A stretch of 64,000 nucleotides of DNA from Candidatus Sysuimicrobiota bacterium (GCA_040289515.1 PSLI01000003.1:21224-85223), one strand, 5' to 3'. Positions 43,565 to 53,587 are shown, numbered from the stretch's first letter. The notes: generated from the letters alone by a model not told the origin. Program-made: numbers and translations.

Positions 43565-43616
43565 CAGGGTGATATCCTTTTAGGGAGTCTGGCATGAAAC
43601 ATGCTCTGAAGCTTCG

Positions 43617-45350
43617 GTGCGCATGGTCCCGGCAGGACAGGGCAAGTTAGAGACGCTGGTGACTCCGCCGCGCAAGGGGAAGTCCGCGCGCCTGGGGGAG
43701 TTGCTGCTGGAGCGGGGGCTGCTGACTGCAGAGCAGCTGGAGGATGCCCTGGCGGAGCAGCGCCGAACAGGCGAGCTGCTAGGCCGCATCCTGGTGGAGC
43801 GGGGTTACGTGTCCAAGCAGGCCCTGGGAGAGGTGCTGGCGACCCAGAAGGGCTACGAGTACGTAAGCCTGCCGGAGGCCTCCCTGGACGAGGGCCTCGC
43901 ACACGCCCTGCCGGAGTGGGTGATAGCGCAGTACCGTGTGATCCCCCTGAGCCGCTCGCAGGACGAAGTTGTGCTGGGAATGGTGGACCCGGGGAACGTG
44001 GAGGCCATGGACGTGGCCGCTGCGCACTTCAGGGGTCAGGTCCGCCCGGTGCTCATCACCGAGGCAGACTTCGACTGGGTCTTCACCCAGATGTTCGGCG
44101 CGCGCCACCGTGCTGCTCAAGCCGTCCCGGACCTGAGCGCACAGCCCGACATCCGGCCCGGCGCGGCGGTGAGCCTGGACGAGGGGGGCGAGGAGACCCC
44201 GCTCAAGCGGCTGTTCAACTCCCTCCTGGCGGACGCCATCCGCAGCGGTGCCACGGACATCCACGTGGAGATGGGCCCCGAAGATGCCGCCGTGCGGTTC
44301 CGGGTCGACGGGCTGCTGCGGGAGATGGTGCGCCTGCCGCACGGCCTGGCTTCCGCCCTCATCTCCCGGGTGAAGGTTCTGAGCGGGATGGACATCGGGG
44401 AGCGGGTGCGGCCGCAGGACGGGCGGCTTGTGCTCACGTACGGCGGAAGGGAGTACGACGCCCGGGTGGCCACCGTGGGTGCGGCCTTCGGCGAACGGCT
44501 GACCGTGCGGTTGCTCAACACGCGCCAGGTGCTGCTGGGACTCGACCGCCTGGGCCTGGAGCCGGAGCAGCAAAAGCTCCTAGCCGGCCTCCTTTTGCGT
44601 CCCTATGGGATGGTGCTGGTCACGGGCCCCACGGGCAGCGGCAAGACCACCACCCTGTACGCGGCCCTGAGCTGGATCAACGACGGCACGCGGAACATCG
44701 TGACCGTGGAGGACCCCGTGGAGTACCGTATGGCGGGCATCACCCAGATCCCGGTGCGGGAGAAGATGGGGGTGACCTTCGAGGTGGGGCTGCGGGCGCT
44801 GCTGCGCCACGACCCGGACGTGATCATGGTGGGCGAGATCCGGGACCCGGCCACCGCGTCGCTGGCGGTCCACGCGGCCCTCGCCGGGCACCTGGTGCTA
44901 ACCACCCTGCACACCAACGACGCCCCGAGCGCTCTGGTGCGTCTGGTGGACATGGGGGTAGAACCGTTCCTTCTGGCGTCCGCGGTAGCCGGGGTGGTGG
45001 GGCAAAGGCTGGTGCGGGTGCTGTGTCGTGCGTGCCGGCGCGCGGGGACCCCGGACCCCGAGGCCAGGAAGCTGTTGGGTTCGCAGGACGGCACCGTGGT
45101 GTACCGGCCCGTGGGCTGCCCGGAGTGCGCTCATACCGGCTACCGGGGACGTGTGGGCGTGTTTGAGGTTCTGCTAGTGGACGAACCGGTGCGGGAGCGC
45201 GTGCTGCAGCGCAGCGCATCCGCAGCCATCGCGCAGGCCGCCCGGGACGCCGGGATGCAGACCCTGTGGGAGTCCGCGGTGCACAAGGTGCTGGGCGGCT
45301 GGACCAGCGTGGACGAGCTGCGCCGCTTAGGAGCAAAAGGGGCGTTGTAG
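43617..45350 (+). CDS. pilB: Type IV pilus / T2SS assembly ATPase (PilB/GspE) with N-terminal MshEN-like motif
   Basis: RLGELLLERGLLTAEQLEDALAEQ...LLGRILVERGYVS, GPTGSGKTTT, LRHDPDVIMVGEIRD, tetra-Cys. Confidence 0.94.
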   Translation: MRMVPAGQGKLETLVTPPRKGKSARLGELLLERGLLTAEQLEDALAEQRRTGELLGRILVERGYVSKQALGEVLATQKGYEYVSLPEASLDEGLAHALPEWVIAQYRVIPLSRSQDEVVLGMVDPGNVEAMDVAAAHFRGQVRPVLITEADFDWVFTQMFGARHRAAQAVPDLSAQPDIRPGAAVSLDEGGEETPLKRLFNSLLADAIRSGATDIHVEMGPEDAAVRFRVDGLLREMVRLPHGLASALISRVKVLSGMDIGERVRPQDGRLVLTYGGREYDARVATVGAAFGERLTVRLLNTRQVLLGLDRLGLEPEQQKLLAGLLLRPYGMVLVTGPTGSGKTTTLYAALSWINDGTRNIVTVEDPVEYRMAGITQIPVREKMGVTFEVGLRALLRHDPDVIMVGEIRDPATASLAVHAALAGHLVLTTLHTNDAPSALVRLVDMGVEPFLLASAVAGVVGQRLVRVLCRACRRAGTPDPEARKLLGSQDGTVVYRPVGCPECAHTGYRGRVGVFEVLLVDEPVRERVLQRSASAAIAQAARDAGMQTLWESAVHKVLGGWTSVDELRRLGAKGAL

Positions 45351-46538
45351 GTGCCGACCTTCGAGTACGTGGCGCGGGACTCCGCCGGGTGCGTGGTTCG
45401 GGGCCGAATCCTGGCCGACGACCCAGGCCAAGCGGCCGCGGCCTTGCGGGCCCGGGGCCTGTACCTCACTTCCGCGCGGCCTTCGCAGGACCGGTGCACC
45501 CAGCAGGCTCTGTCGACAAGCCAGCTCGCGGAGTTCGCCCACCACATGGCCATCCTTCTGGGTGCGGGCTTCACCGCGTCGGCTGCATTACAGGCCCTGC
45601 ACGAGCACCTGGAAGACCCCTCCTTGCGAGCCTTCACCCGGGCTCTGCAGGAGGAGGTGGAATCGGGCCGGTCTCTATCCAGGAGCCTGCAGCGGGTGGG
45701 CGCGAACCTGCCGCCGGTGCTGGTGGGGATCGTGGAGAGCGGGGAGGCCACCGGGAGGCTGGACCTGGCCTTCGGCCGCGCTAGCGCGTACCTGGAGCGG
45801 GAACTGCGCTTCCGCCGCAGGGTGCGCGATTCCCTCGCCTACCCTGCGGTGGTGCTCGGGGTAGCGGCTCTGGTGGTGACGGCTTTCCTGCTGTACGTGG
45901 TCCCGGCCTTCGAAAGGGTCTACCGCGCCGCGGGGGCCAGCTTGCCTCCCCTGACGCAGGGCCTGCTGGGCGTAAGCCGCGCGGCGCGGTGGCTGGTTCC
46001 CCTGGTGGTGGCCACAGGTGCCGTGGGGTTGGTCCCCTCGGTGCGCCAAAAGGTCGGCTCGCATCTTGCGGGCTTGCTGGGCCCTATGGCGGAGCGCACC
46101 CCGCACGTGGGCCGGCTGGTGCGATGCGCGCGCTCTGTGCGCTTTTTACACAGCCTGGGGATGGCCCTCAGCTCGGGGGTGCCGCTGCTTTCTGCCCTGG
46201 AGGTGGCGGTGCGCAGCGCCGGATGCGCCAGGTGGTTGGAACCCCTCAGGGAGCACGTGCAGCAGGGTGGCAGGCTCAGCGAGGCCCTGCGGGCTACCGG
46301 GGAGCTTCCCGCGGTGGCCATCCGGCTGGTGGCGCTGGGCGAGGAGTCCGGGCAAGTGGGCGAGCTGATGCTGCAGGCCGCCGAGGTGCTTGACCGCGAG
46401 TTCGAGTTCCGGGTGCGCCGGCTGCTGCTGGCCCTGGAGCCCGCGCTGACCGTGGCCCTGGCCGCGGTGGTGGGGGTGCTGCTTTTGGCCCTGTATCTGC
46501 CTATTTTTGGCCTGGGTAGGGCAGTGCTGCGGCACTAG
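45351..46538 (+). CDS. pilC: Type IV pilus / T2SS platform protein (PilC/GspF)
   Basis: MPTFEYVARD, GEATGRLD, YPAVV, GEESGQV, LEP..YLPIF. Confidence 0.93.
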   Translation: MPTFEYVARDSAGCVVRGRILADDPGQAAAALRARGLYLTSARPSQDRCTQQALSTSQLAEFAHHMAILLGAGFTASAALQALHEHLEDPSLRAFTRALQEEVESGRSLSRSLQRVGANLPPVLVGIVESGEATGRLDLAFGRASAYLERELRFRRRVRDSLAYPAVVLGVAALVVTAFLLYVVPAFERVYRAAGASLPPLTQGLLGVSRAARWLVPLVVATGAVGLVPSVRQKVGSHLAGLLGPMAERTPHVGRLVRCARSVRFLHSLGMALSSGVPLLSALEVAVRSAGCARWLEPLREHVQQGGRLSEALRATGELPAVAIRLVALGEESGQVGELMLQAAEVLDREFEFRVRRLLLALEPALTVALAAVVGVLLLALYLPIFGLGRAVLRH

Positions 46539-46602
46539 ACCGCCGGCACAGGAGCTGCTAAAACTGCGGTATAGAAAAACAGCCGGAAAGGAGGAACGAA
46601 CC

Positions 46603-46977
46603 GTGCGATACGTGAGGGGCGAATGGGGCATGACGCTGGTGGAGCTGCTGGTGGTGATCCTCATCCTGGGGATCCTGGCGGCCGTAGCGCTGCCCAACTA
46701 CTTTGGGGCGGAGAACGACGCGCGCGTGTCGGTGGACAAAGCCAATGTCCAGGCGATCAACACCGCGCTTGCGCTGTACCGGTTTCGGAATAACGGGAGG
46801 TGTCCCGGCCAGACCGGTCAGCCTACATTCCAGCAGTTTCTGGACGACACAACGTACTTCCCGGACGGGGCGCCCACCGACCCCATCGACGGGACGAGCA
46901 CGCTGCCGGGGGACCCTGGCTACACCGACTACCCGGCCGATTACAACGCAACCAACTGCCGCCTGACCCGGGACTAG
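46603..46977 (+). CDS. Type IV pilin / pseudopilin (GspG/ComGC-like)
   Basis: G|MTLVELLVVILILGIL; SD AAAGGAGG. Confidence 0.92.
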   Translation: MRYVRGEWGMTLVELLVVILILGILAAVALPNYFGAENDARVSVDKANVQAINTALALYRFRNNGRCPGQTGQPTFQQFLDDTTYFPDGAPTDPIDGTSTLPGDPGYTDYPADYNATNCRLTRD

Positions 46978-47001
46978 CTGCGTGACCCGGCAACCGAAGA
47001 G

Positions 47002-47448
47002 ATGAGGGCCAGCGCGGGGCTTTCACTAGTGGAAGCGCTGAGTGTGCTGGCCCTCCTCGTTGTCCTGCTGGCAGTGGCCGTGCCGCACCTGCCCCCAAGC
47101 CCGGAGCTTTCCGCCCGCGCGGTGGCCCGGCAGCTGGTAGCCGACCTGTACTTGAGCCAGCGGCTTTCGATCGCGCGTGGGGAGGACTACGAGCTGGCGT
47201 TTGCCACGCCCCCGCCCTACCAGGCGTACACGGTGCGCAACGCGCGCACGCAGGTCCCGGAGCCCGACTTCCCCAAGCAGGTCCCGTCGGAAGTACAGGT
47301 CACCGGGCCATCGGGAGTGTACTACACGCCGCCGGAAGGGATGGTAAGGCTACTTGGTGCGGGCCCCATCACGGTTCGCGGGGGGACCCAGACGGTGCTT
47401 ATCGAGGTTTTAGAGCCCAGCGGCTATGTACGTGTCACGCCACCCTGA
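47002..47448 (+). CDS. Minor pilin (FimT/GspH-like)
   Basis: G|LSLVEALSVL prepilin motif. Confidence 0.85.
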   Translation: MRASAGLSLVEALSVLALLVVLLAVAVPHLPPSPELSARAVARQLVADLYLSQRLSIARGEDYELAFATPPPYQAYTVRNARTQVPEPDFPKQVPSEVQVTGPSGVYYTPPEGMVRLLGAGPITVRGGTQTVLIEVLEPSGYVRVTPP

Positions 47449-47866
47449 AGCACAGAGGACGGCGGTGGGGCTTGTAGAACGCGGGTTGAGCCTCGTGGAG
47501 GTGCTCGCGGCAATGCTCCTGGTGGGCATCGCTCTTTTGCCCCTGTTCCAGCTATACCCTGTTCTCCTGGGTGCAAGCGGCCAGCGGGATGACCTCACCC
47601 TCGTTGGGACCGCGGCCACAAGGCAGATGGAGGCGCTGGTGGCCGACCTGGTGCGAGGGGCGACCCCTCCCGATCCTCCTGCGGGCGGGGGGGCCTGCGA
47701 CCCTCCCCCGAACTGCAGGCTTACCTGGCAGGTGACGCGTGAGAACTTGTACGGGGCGCAGCTGTGGCGGGTGTGGGTGGAAGCGTGGGTGGACACCAAC
47801 GGGGATGGCCTGCCCTCCTCGAGCGAGCTGTATGCCTACCACACGACCCGCGTGTGGAGGAGGTAG
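47426..47866 (+). CDS. Minor pilin (PilV/GspI-like)
   Basis: RG|LSLVEVLAAML; start may be GTG 47465. Confidence 0.85.
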   Translation: MYVSRHPEAQRTAVGLVERGLSLVEVLAAMLLVGIALLPLFQLYPVLLGASGQRDDLTLVGTAATRQMEALVADLVRGATPPDPPAGGGACDPPPNCRLTWQVTRENLYGAQLWRVWVEAWVDTNGDGLPSSSELYAYHTTRVWRR

Positions 47867-47869
47867 GCG

Positions 47870-49492
47870 GTGCGGGCGGAAGCGGGCCGCCACGGACAAC
47901 TGGGGTTCACCTGGACAGAATTGCTGGTGACCCTGGCCCTGCTAGGCCTGCTGGCCGCAGGTCTGGCGCCGGTACTGTGGATCGGCGTGGAGGGGTACGA
48001 CGAGGCACGTAGACGGGAGGCGATGTATCGCCAGGCCCGGCTGGCCCTGGATCGGTTGCTGAGGGATTTGCAAGCTTCTCACAGAGTTCAGACAGGAGGG
48101 GAGGACGCATTGGAGATGGACGTGCAGAGCACCTCCGGACAGGTGCTGCGCGTCCGGTGGGAGCGGGACGCCTCCGACGGGCTACTGTACCGGCGTTCGT
48201 TCCCGGTGGAGGGTGTTTTCAGCTGGCGGTACAGCCGGCAGCTGACGGTACAAACCGGCTCAAGCGCCGTGCCAAAAGGCTACTCGGTTAGCTTCCTCCT
48301 GGACCATCGGGCTCTCGTGGCAGCCGGAAAGAGCTTGACGAGTGGCGATGATGTGCGGGTCTTCTACCGGTTGCCTTCCGGTGTATGGGTGGAGCTCCCC
48401 AGGCTCCTCGATCCCCTTTCGGCGTGGGGTACCACCGGCACCCGCTTGTGGTTCAAACTGCAGGAGCGCTTACCGGCCAACAGCTCCACGGATCGGTACC
48501 AGGTTGTGTACGGGAACCTCAACGCAGCCCCCCCCGCAGACGAAGAAACCCGTGGCGGGGCAGTATTCCTGGACTACGAGAACGGCCGCGACATTGCCGA
48601 GTGGACGCCAAGGCTTGGGTCTTCCGGGGGGACGTACCAGGCTACCCCTACAGAGGGCGTGCGGTTCTTCGCCAGCAGCGGCAGCGGGTTGAGGGAGCTT
48701 ACGCGGCGCATCGCGGACCCAACGAGCAGCGATCCGAGCCGGGAGCACCGGGACGTGGAGGTGTTCTGGATCTTCCGCAGCGCCGCAGGCAGCTCCTCGG
48801 ACACCGCGAACCGCCACCTGATGGGGGCGTCCTTGCGCCGGAGTGATTTGGGTGCGGGGTACCTGGCGACCCCGTTCGAGCGCGTACGAGGAGCCTGGCG
48901 CCTGCGCGTGCGGAGAACTACAGGCTGGGGCGACGTGGGTAGGACTCTGACTACGGGGAGTTTCTCGTACACACCTACCTCGACGTACGCTGCGCGGTTC
49001 GACGCGGTCGGCGGTCGTCTGCGGCTGAAGGTGTGGTCTTTGGGAGATACAGAGCCGGGAGGATTCGCCGCCTGGCCCTGGTGGACGGGAACCCGGTGCA
49101 CCGTCCTTTCCCCACCGCCTCCCGGAGTTCTGTGTGTAGAGGACTCTAGCTATGCGTCAGGGCGGCACTACGGCCTGGTAAACGGGTTGAGTGCTACGGC
49201 TACGCTCCCCATTGATCAGCGGCACGTGGTGGCTTTCGTGCGCCTAAAGGTGGAGCCCGAACCGTCCGTCACCGTGGGGCCGGAGGCAACGAACCCGCTC
49301 ACCGAGGCACCACGCTCGCCCGTGGCGGGCCCATACCGTCGGTTCGAATCACAGTGCTACGCCAACGCAAGGGAAGTCCCGTGCGGAGCTAGCGCCCAAC
49401 TAGTCGCGGTGAGATTGCAGGCCCGCGACCCGGAGGGCGCTACTCCGGATGTCGCCCTGGAAGGCCAAGCTCGGCTGCGTGTCCAGAGGTGA
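47870..49492 (+). CDS. Large minor pilin (PilW/GspJ-like) with inserted DUF2341-like / lectin-like domains
   Basis: G|FTWTELLVTL; internal WRYSRQLTV...GDDVRVFY...LWFKL...YQVVYGN. Confidence 0.8.
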   Translation: MRAEAGRHGQLGFTWTELLVTLALLGLLAAGLAPVLWIGVEGYDEARRREAMYRQARLALDRLLRDLQASHRVQTGGEDALEMDVQSTSGQVLRVRWERDASDGLLYRRSFPVEGVFSWRYSRQLTVQTGSSAVPKGYSVSFLLDHRALVAAGKSLTSGDDVRVFYRLPSGVWVELPRLLDPLSAWGTTGTRLWFKLQERLPANSSTDRYQVVYGNLNAAPPADEETRGGAVFLDYENGRDIAEWTPRLGSSGGTYQATPTEGVRFFASSGSGLRELTRRIADPTSSDPSREHRDVEVFWIFRSAAGSSSDTANRHLMGASLRRSDLGAGYLATPFERVRGAWRLRVRRTTGWGDVGRTLTTGSFSYTPTSTYAARFDAVGGRLRLKVWSLGDTEPGGFAAWPWWTGTRCTVLSPPPPGVLCVEDSSYASGRHYGLVNGLSATATLPIDQRHVVAFVRLKVEPEPSVTVGPEATNPLTEAPRSPVAGPYRRFESQCYANAREVPCGASAQLVAVRLQARDPEGATPDVALEGQARLRVQR

Positions 49493-50067
49493 CCGCGATG
49501 TCGGAAGTCAAGCCAGGGTCCCCGGCTGGCGAACGCGGCGTAGCCATGGTGGTGGTCCTCGCGAGCCTTGTGGTTCTGGCGCTGCTGGCTGCGGCCCTCG
49601 CTCAGGGGGTGCTGGTGGAGGTGGAGTCCGAGCGGCTGGTACAACAGGACCAGCGGGCCGCGTACCTGGCAGAGGCCGCGGTGGAACACCAGATCGCGCT
49701 CCTGGCCCAGGACCGCACCGCCGGGCGGGTACAGATGACACAGCTTGCATCCCCCGCGATGGCAAGCGGGGCCGAGCACCGCTACCAGGTGCAGCGGCTC
49801 CGGTGCCTGCCGCACCTCTCCGTCGAGTGCACACCGCAAGATAGCCCCGGCGAGCGGCGGTGTCAGGCGGCCTCCCCCCAGTGCGGGTGGGGCATCGAAG
49901 CGACGGGCGAGATCGCGGTAGACGGTAATGTGGTGCAGGCGCGGACGCTGTGCGTCGAGGCTGTCCTGCAGTATCCCTCGTCCGGCCAGGCGCTTCCGGT
50001 GAAGGTCTGGCGGTGGCTGCGCGCAGCAGGGAGCACCTGCCGCATCCCTGAGTGGGACCTGCCGTGA
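49489..50067 (+). CDS. Minor pilin (PilX/GspK-like)
   Basis: ERG|VAMVVVL (no Glu5) and AAYLAEAAVE motif. Confidence 0.82.
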   Translation: MTAMSEVKPGSPAGERGVAMVVVLASLVVLALLAAALAQGVLVEVESERLVQQDQRAAYLAEAAVEHQIALLAQDRTAGRVQMTQLASPAMASGAEHRYQVQRLRCLPHLSVECTPQDSPGERRCQAASPQCGWGIEATGEIAVDGNVVQARTLCVEAVLQYPSSGQALPVKVWRWLRAAGSTCRIPEWDLP

Positions 50068-50100
50068 TTCCCCTGGCGTCGCCTGAGCCCCCCAGGTACA

Positions 50101-50568
50101 ATGGCCCTTGCGATGGCCAGTCGGGGTAAGGCACGACAGGCTGTTTTGCAGATCCTGTATCAGGCGGAGGTGGGCCGGGTTCGGGTGGAGGACGTGGTGG
50201 CCCGCTACGCGGACGGCTGGGTACCTCCGGAGGACGGTCCCCCCGAGCCGTGGAGCGAGGAGGATTGGCGTTTTTTGGTGCAGCTGAGCCGGGGGGCGTG
50301 GGAAGGCCGGGCGGAAGCGGACGCCCTCATCGAGCGTTTCTCGGAGGGCTGGCCCGTGGACCGGCTGGCCCGCGTAGACCTGTGCATCCTGCGCATGGCC
50401 CTCTACGAGCTGCTGCACTTCGACACGCCTCCCAGTGTGGTGATCAACGAGGCAGTACGGCTGGCCAAGCGCTACAGCACCGAGCACTCCGGCCGGTTCG
50501 TGAACGGGATCCTGGGGCGCGTGTTTCGGGAGGTGGTGCGGCCCAGGCTGCCCGCTAGCTCCCCCTGA
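50101..50568 (+). CDS. nusB: Transcription antitermination factor NusB
   Basis: AVLQILYQ, DLCILRMALYE, VVINEAVRLAKRY, FVNGILG; start may be ATG 50113. Confidence 0.97.
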   Translation: MALAMASRGKARQAVLQILYQAEVGRVRVEDVVARYADGWVPPEDGPPEPWSEEDWRFLVQLSRGAWEGRAEADALIERFSEGWPVDRLARVDLCILRMALYELLHFDTPPSVVINEAVRLAKRYSTEHSGRFVNGILGRVFREVVRPRLPASSP

Positions 50569-50626
50569 AGGCCGTGGCGAACCCTCCTCGCGTCGCAGGT
50601 CAGGTGCTAACGTAACCGCGGGAGCC

Positions 50627-50932
50627 ATGCCCGGGGAAGGCCCTGCACGCGCCCAGCGGACGGTGCGGGCCCGAGCGGTGTTGTCGGGCCGGGTGCAGGG
50701 GGTGGGGTTCCGTTTCTTCGCGGAGGACTGGGCTGCGCGGCTGGGCGTGGGGGGCTACGCCCGCAACCTGCCCGACGGCCGGTTGGAGGTCGTGGCGGAG
50801 GGACCGGAGGAAGCGGTGAGGGAGTTCCTGGATGTAATGCGCCGGGGACCCCGCAGCGCGGTGGTCACCGAGATGCAGCTGCACTGGGAGGAGCCCGCCG
50901 GTGAGCGGCACTTCCGAATCCGGTACTCCTAG
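50627..50932 (+). CDS. acyP: Acylphosphatase
   Basis: SGRVQGVGFR, GYARNLPDGRLEV. Confidence 0.96.
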   Translation: MPGEGPARAQRTVRARAVLSGRVQGVGFRFFAEDWAARLGVGGYARNLPDGRLEVVAEGPEEAVREFLDVMRRGPRSAVVTEMQLHWEEPAGERHFRIRYS

Positions 50933-50968
50933 GAGGACGGTCCCGGTGCCTCCTTCACGCGGAGGGTC

Positions 50969-51865
50969 GTGCTGATCGCGACACAGGTGGAGGCGTTCCT
51001 GGAGGAGGTCGGGCGCCGGGTGGAGACGGCCCTGGACCGGTTGCTGCCGCCTGTAGACCAGGAACCCAGGATCCTGCACGAGGCCATCCGGTATACGGTG
51101 TTCGCGGGCGGGAAGCGGTTCCGTCCCGCCCTGGTCCTGGCTTCTGCGGAAGCGTGCAGTCTGGAACCCGAAGTGGCCCTGCCCGTGGCCTGCGCGGTGG
51201 AAGCGGTGCACACCTACTCCTTGATCCACGACGACCTGCCAAGCATGGACAACGCGGACTGGCGCAGGGGCCGTCCCACCTGCCACGTGCGGTACGGGGA
51301 GGCCATCGCGGTGCTGGCAGGCGACGCCCTGCACGACCTGGCCTTCGAGTGGGCGGCAGGCGCCGCGGACCGCCTGAGGGCTCCCGAGCGTGTCCTACGG
51401 GTGATCCAGGATCTGGCGGGGGCCCTGGGCACGCAGGGGATGGTGGGCGGGCAGGTGCTGGACCTGCTGGCGGAGCGCGGGGGAATTCCCGCGCACTGGG
51501 TGCCGGAGATCCACCGCAGGAAGACGGGGTGTCTGATCCGTGCCTGCGCGCGGGTGGGGCCTCTGCTCAGCGGGCGGGAGGAGGATTTGAGTTGCCTCAG
51601 CGCGTACGGGGAGCACCTCGGGCTGGCGTTCCAGATTATGGACGACGTCCTGGACGTGGTGGGCGACACCAGCAAACTGGGCAAGCCCACGGGCACAGAC
51701 CAGGCGTCCTCGAAGGCCACATACCCGAGGGTGTTCGGCCTGGAGGCCTCCCGCCGGATGGCGCAGGAGGAGGTTTCGGCCGCGGTGGCGGCCCTGCGCC
51801 CGCTCGGGCCAAGGGGGGAGCTGTTGGCCGGCCTGGCCTGTTTCGTGGTGGAGCGGGAGCGGTAG
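50969..51865 (+). CDS. ispA: Polyprenyl (farnesyl/geranylgeranyl) diphosphate synthase
   Basis: GGKRFRP, SLIHDDLPSMD, FQIMDDVLD. Confidence 0.95.
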   Translation: MLIATQVEAFLEEVGRRVETALDRLLPPVDQEPRILHEAIRYTVFAGGKRFRPALVLASAEACSLEPEVALPVACAVEAVHTYSLIHDDLPSMDNADWRRGRPTCHVRYGEAIAVLAGDALHDLAFEWAAGAADRLRAPERVLRVIQDLAGALGTQGMVGGQVLDLLAERGGIPAHWVPEIHRRKTGCLIRACARVGPLLSGREEDLSCLSAYGEHLGLAFQIMDDVLDVVGDTSKLGKPTGTDQASSKATYPRVFGLEASRRMAQEEVSAAVAALRPLGPRGELLAGLACFVVERER

Positions 51866-52711
51866 GTGCGGGTAGCGCTGCAGAGGTCCAGGGCGAAAAG
51901 CGGGCCGGAAGCTGCGCGCAAGCGGTTGGACGCGCTGCTGGTGGAACGGGGGCTGGTGCCCAGCCGGGAGCGGGCTGAGGCGGTTATTCTGGCAAGGCTC
52001 GTGCGGGTAGACGGCCAGCGGGTGGACAAGCCCGGTACCCGAGTGCGGGAGGACGCCCTGGTGGAGCTTTTAGGTCCCCCGCACCCGTACGTGAGCCGGG
52101 GGGGTCTGAAGCTGGAAACCGCCCTGCGCCGGTTCGGCCTGGACGTGCGGGGGGCGGTGGCCCTGGACCTGGGAGCCGGCACGGGCGGGTTCACCGACTG
52201 TCTGCTGCAGCACGGCGCGCGGAAGGTGTACGCGGTGGACGTGGGACGGGGCCAGCTGCACCACAAGCTGCGGTGTGATCCCAGGGTGGTGGTGTTGGAG
52301 CGCACCCACGCACGGGATCTGGACCGCAGTCTGGTCCCCGAACCGTTGGACTTCGCGTGTGCGGACGTGTCGTTCATCTCCTTGCTGCGTGCCCTTCCGC
52401 CCGTGGTCCCCCTCCTGAAGGACGGGGCGCCGGTGGTGGCGTTGGTGAAGCCGCCGTTCGAAGCGGGGCGGGGCGTGGCTCGGCGCGGGGTCGTCCGGGA
52501 CCCCGAGGTGCACCGGGAAGTCGTACAGAAGGTAGCCTGGGGGCTGGAAGCGCACGCGCTGGGAGCGCAGGCGGTCGTGCCCTCTCCCATCCGCGGGGAC
52601 CGCGGCAACGTGGAGTTCCTCCTGCTGTTGCGCAAAGGCGTTCCCCGGAGTCTGGACGAGCGCGGTGTGGAATCTGCGGTGGCGGAGGCCCACGGGGCGG
52701 GGAGGGGCTAG
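51866..52711 (+). CDS. tlyA: TlyA family rRNA methyltransferase
   Basis: S4 domain, YVSRGGLKL, GGFTDCLLQ, DVSFISL. Confidence 0.96.
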   Translation: MRVALQRSRAKSGPEAARKRLDALLVERGLVPSRERAEAVILARLVRVDGQRVDKPGTRVREDALVELLGPPHPYVSRGGLKLETALRRFGLDVRGAVALDLGAGTGGFTDCLLQHGARKVYAVDVGRGQLHHKLRCDPRVVVLERTHARDLDRSLVPEPLDFACADVSFISLLRALPPVVPLLKDGAPVVALVKPPFEAGRGVARRGVVRDPEVHREVVQKVAWGLEAHALGAQAVVPSPIRGDRGNVEFLLLLRKGVPRSLDERGVESAVAEAHGAGRG

Positions 52712-52714
52712 CGG

Positions 52715-53584
52715 ATGCGGGCCGTGGGCGTTGTGGTGAACCCCGAAAAGGTGCAGCAGGACCCGGGGGTGGCCGTGCGGGTGCGCGAGGCGGCGGCGCA
52801 GCTGGCCGGGCACGGCCTCGGGGTGCGCCTGAACAGCGAAGGGGCGCGGGCGGTGGGACTGGAGGAGCTCGCCACCAGCGATGCGGAGCTGTCAGAAGTG
52901 TCCGACGCCCTCGTGGTGGTGGGAGGCGATGGGACCATCCTGCGGGCAGCACGCACCGGCGCAGTTCGCGGGGTGCCGGTGCTGGGCGTGAACGTGGGCG
53001 GGTTCGGGTTTCTGGCGGAGGTAGGGCTGGAGGGGCTGCCGGAGGCCCTGGAGCGGCTGGTGAGCGGACGCTACGGGGTGGAAGAACGCATGATGCTGGC
53101 CGCGGAGGTGGTGCGGGAAGGGCACACCGCGGAGCGGTTTTTGGCCCTCAACGACATGGTGATCACCAAAAGCGGCTATGCGCGCCTGATGCCCCTCCGC
53201 ACCACCGTGAACGGCGAGCACCTGGCCACGTACTTGGCGGACGGGTTGATCGTCTCCACGCCCACGGGCTCCACGGCGTACAACCTGTCCGCGGGCGGCC
53301 CCATCCTGAGCCCCGGAGTACGCGCCCTGGTCATTACGCCCATCTGCCCCCATACCCTCACCGCCCGTCCGGTGGTGGTGGATGCGGACGACGTGGCCAC
53401 CGTGGAGGTGGCCCTGGACGTAGAGGGCGTTCTGTTGACCGTGGACGGGCAGGTGGGCTGCCCGCTTCGGGGCGGTGACGTGGTCCGGCTGCGCCGCGCG
53501 GAGGCGCGGGCGCGGCTCGTGCGCCTGCGGCCGCCGTCCTTCTACGAGCTGCTGCGGCACAAGTTCGCGTGGGGGGAGCGATAG
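52715..53584 (+). CDS. nadK: NAD kinase
   Basis: GGDGTIL, DGLIVSTPTGSTAYNLSAGGP. Confidence 0.97.
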   Translation: MRAVGVVVNPEKVQQDPGVAVRVREAAAQLAGHGLGVRLNSEGARAVGLEELATSDAELSEVSDALVVVGGDGTILRAARTGAVRGVPVLGVNVGGFGFLAEVGLEGLPEALERLVSGRYGVEERMMLAAEVVREGHTAERFLALNDMVITKSGYARLMPLRTTVNGEHLATYLADGLIVSTPTGSTAYNLSAGGPILSPGVRALVITPICPHTLTARPVVVDADDVATVEVALDVEGVLLTVDGQVGCPLRGGDVVRLRRAEARARLVRLRPPSFYELLRHKFAWGER

Positions 53585-53587
53585 CGC

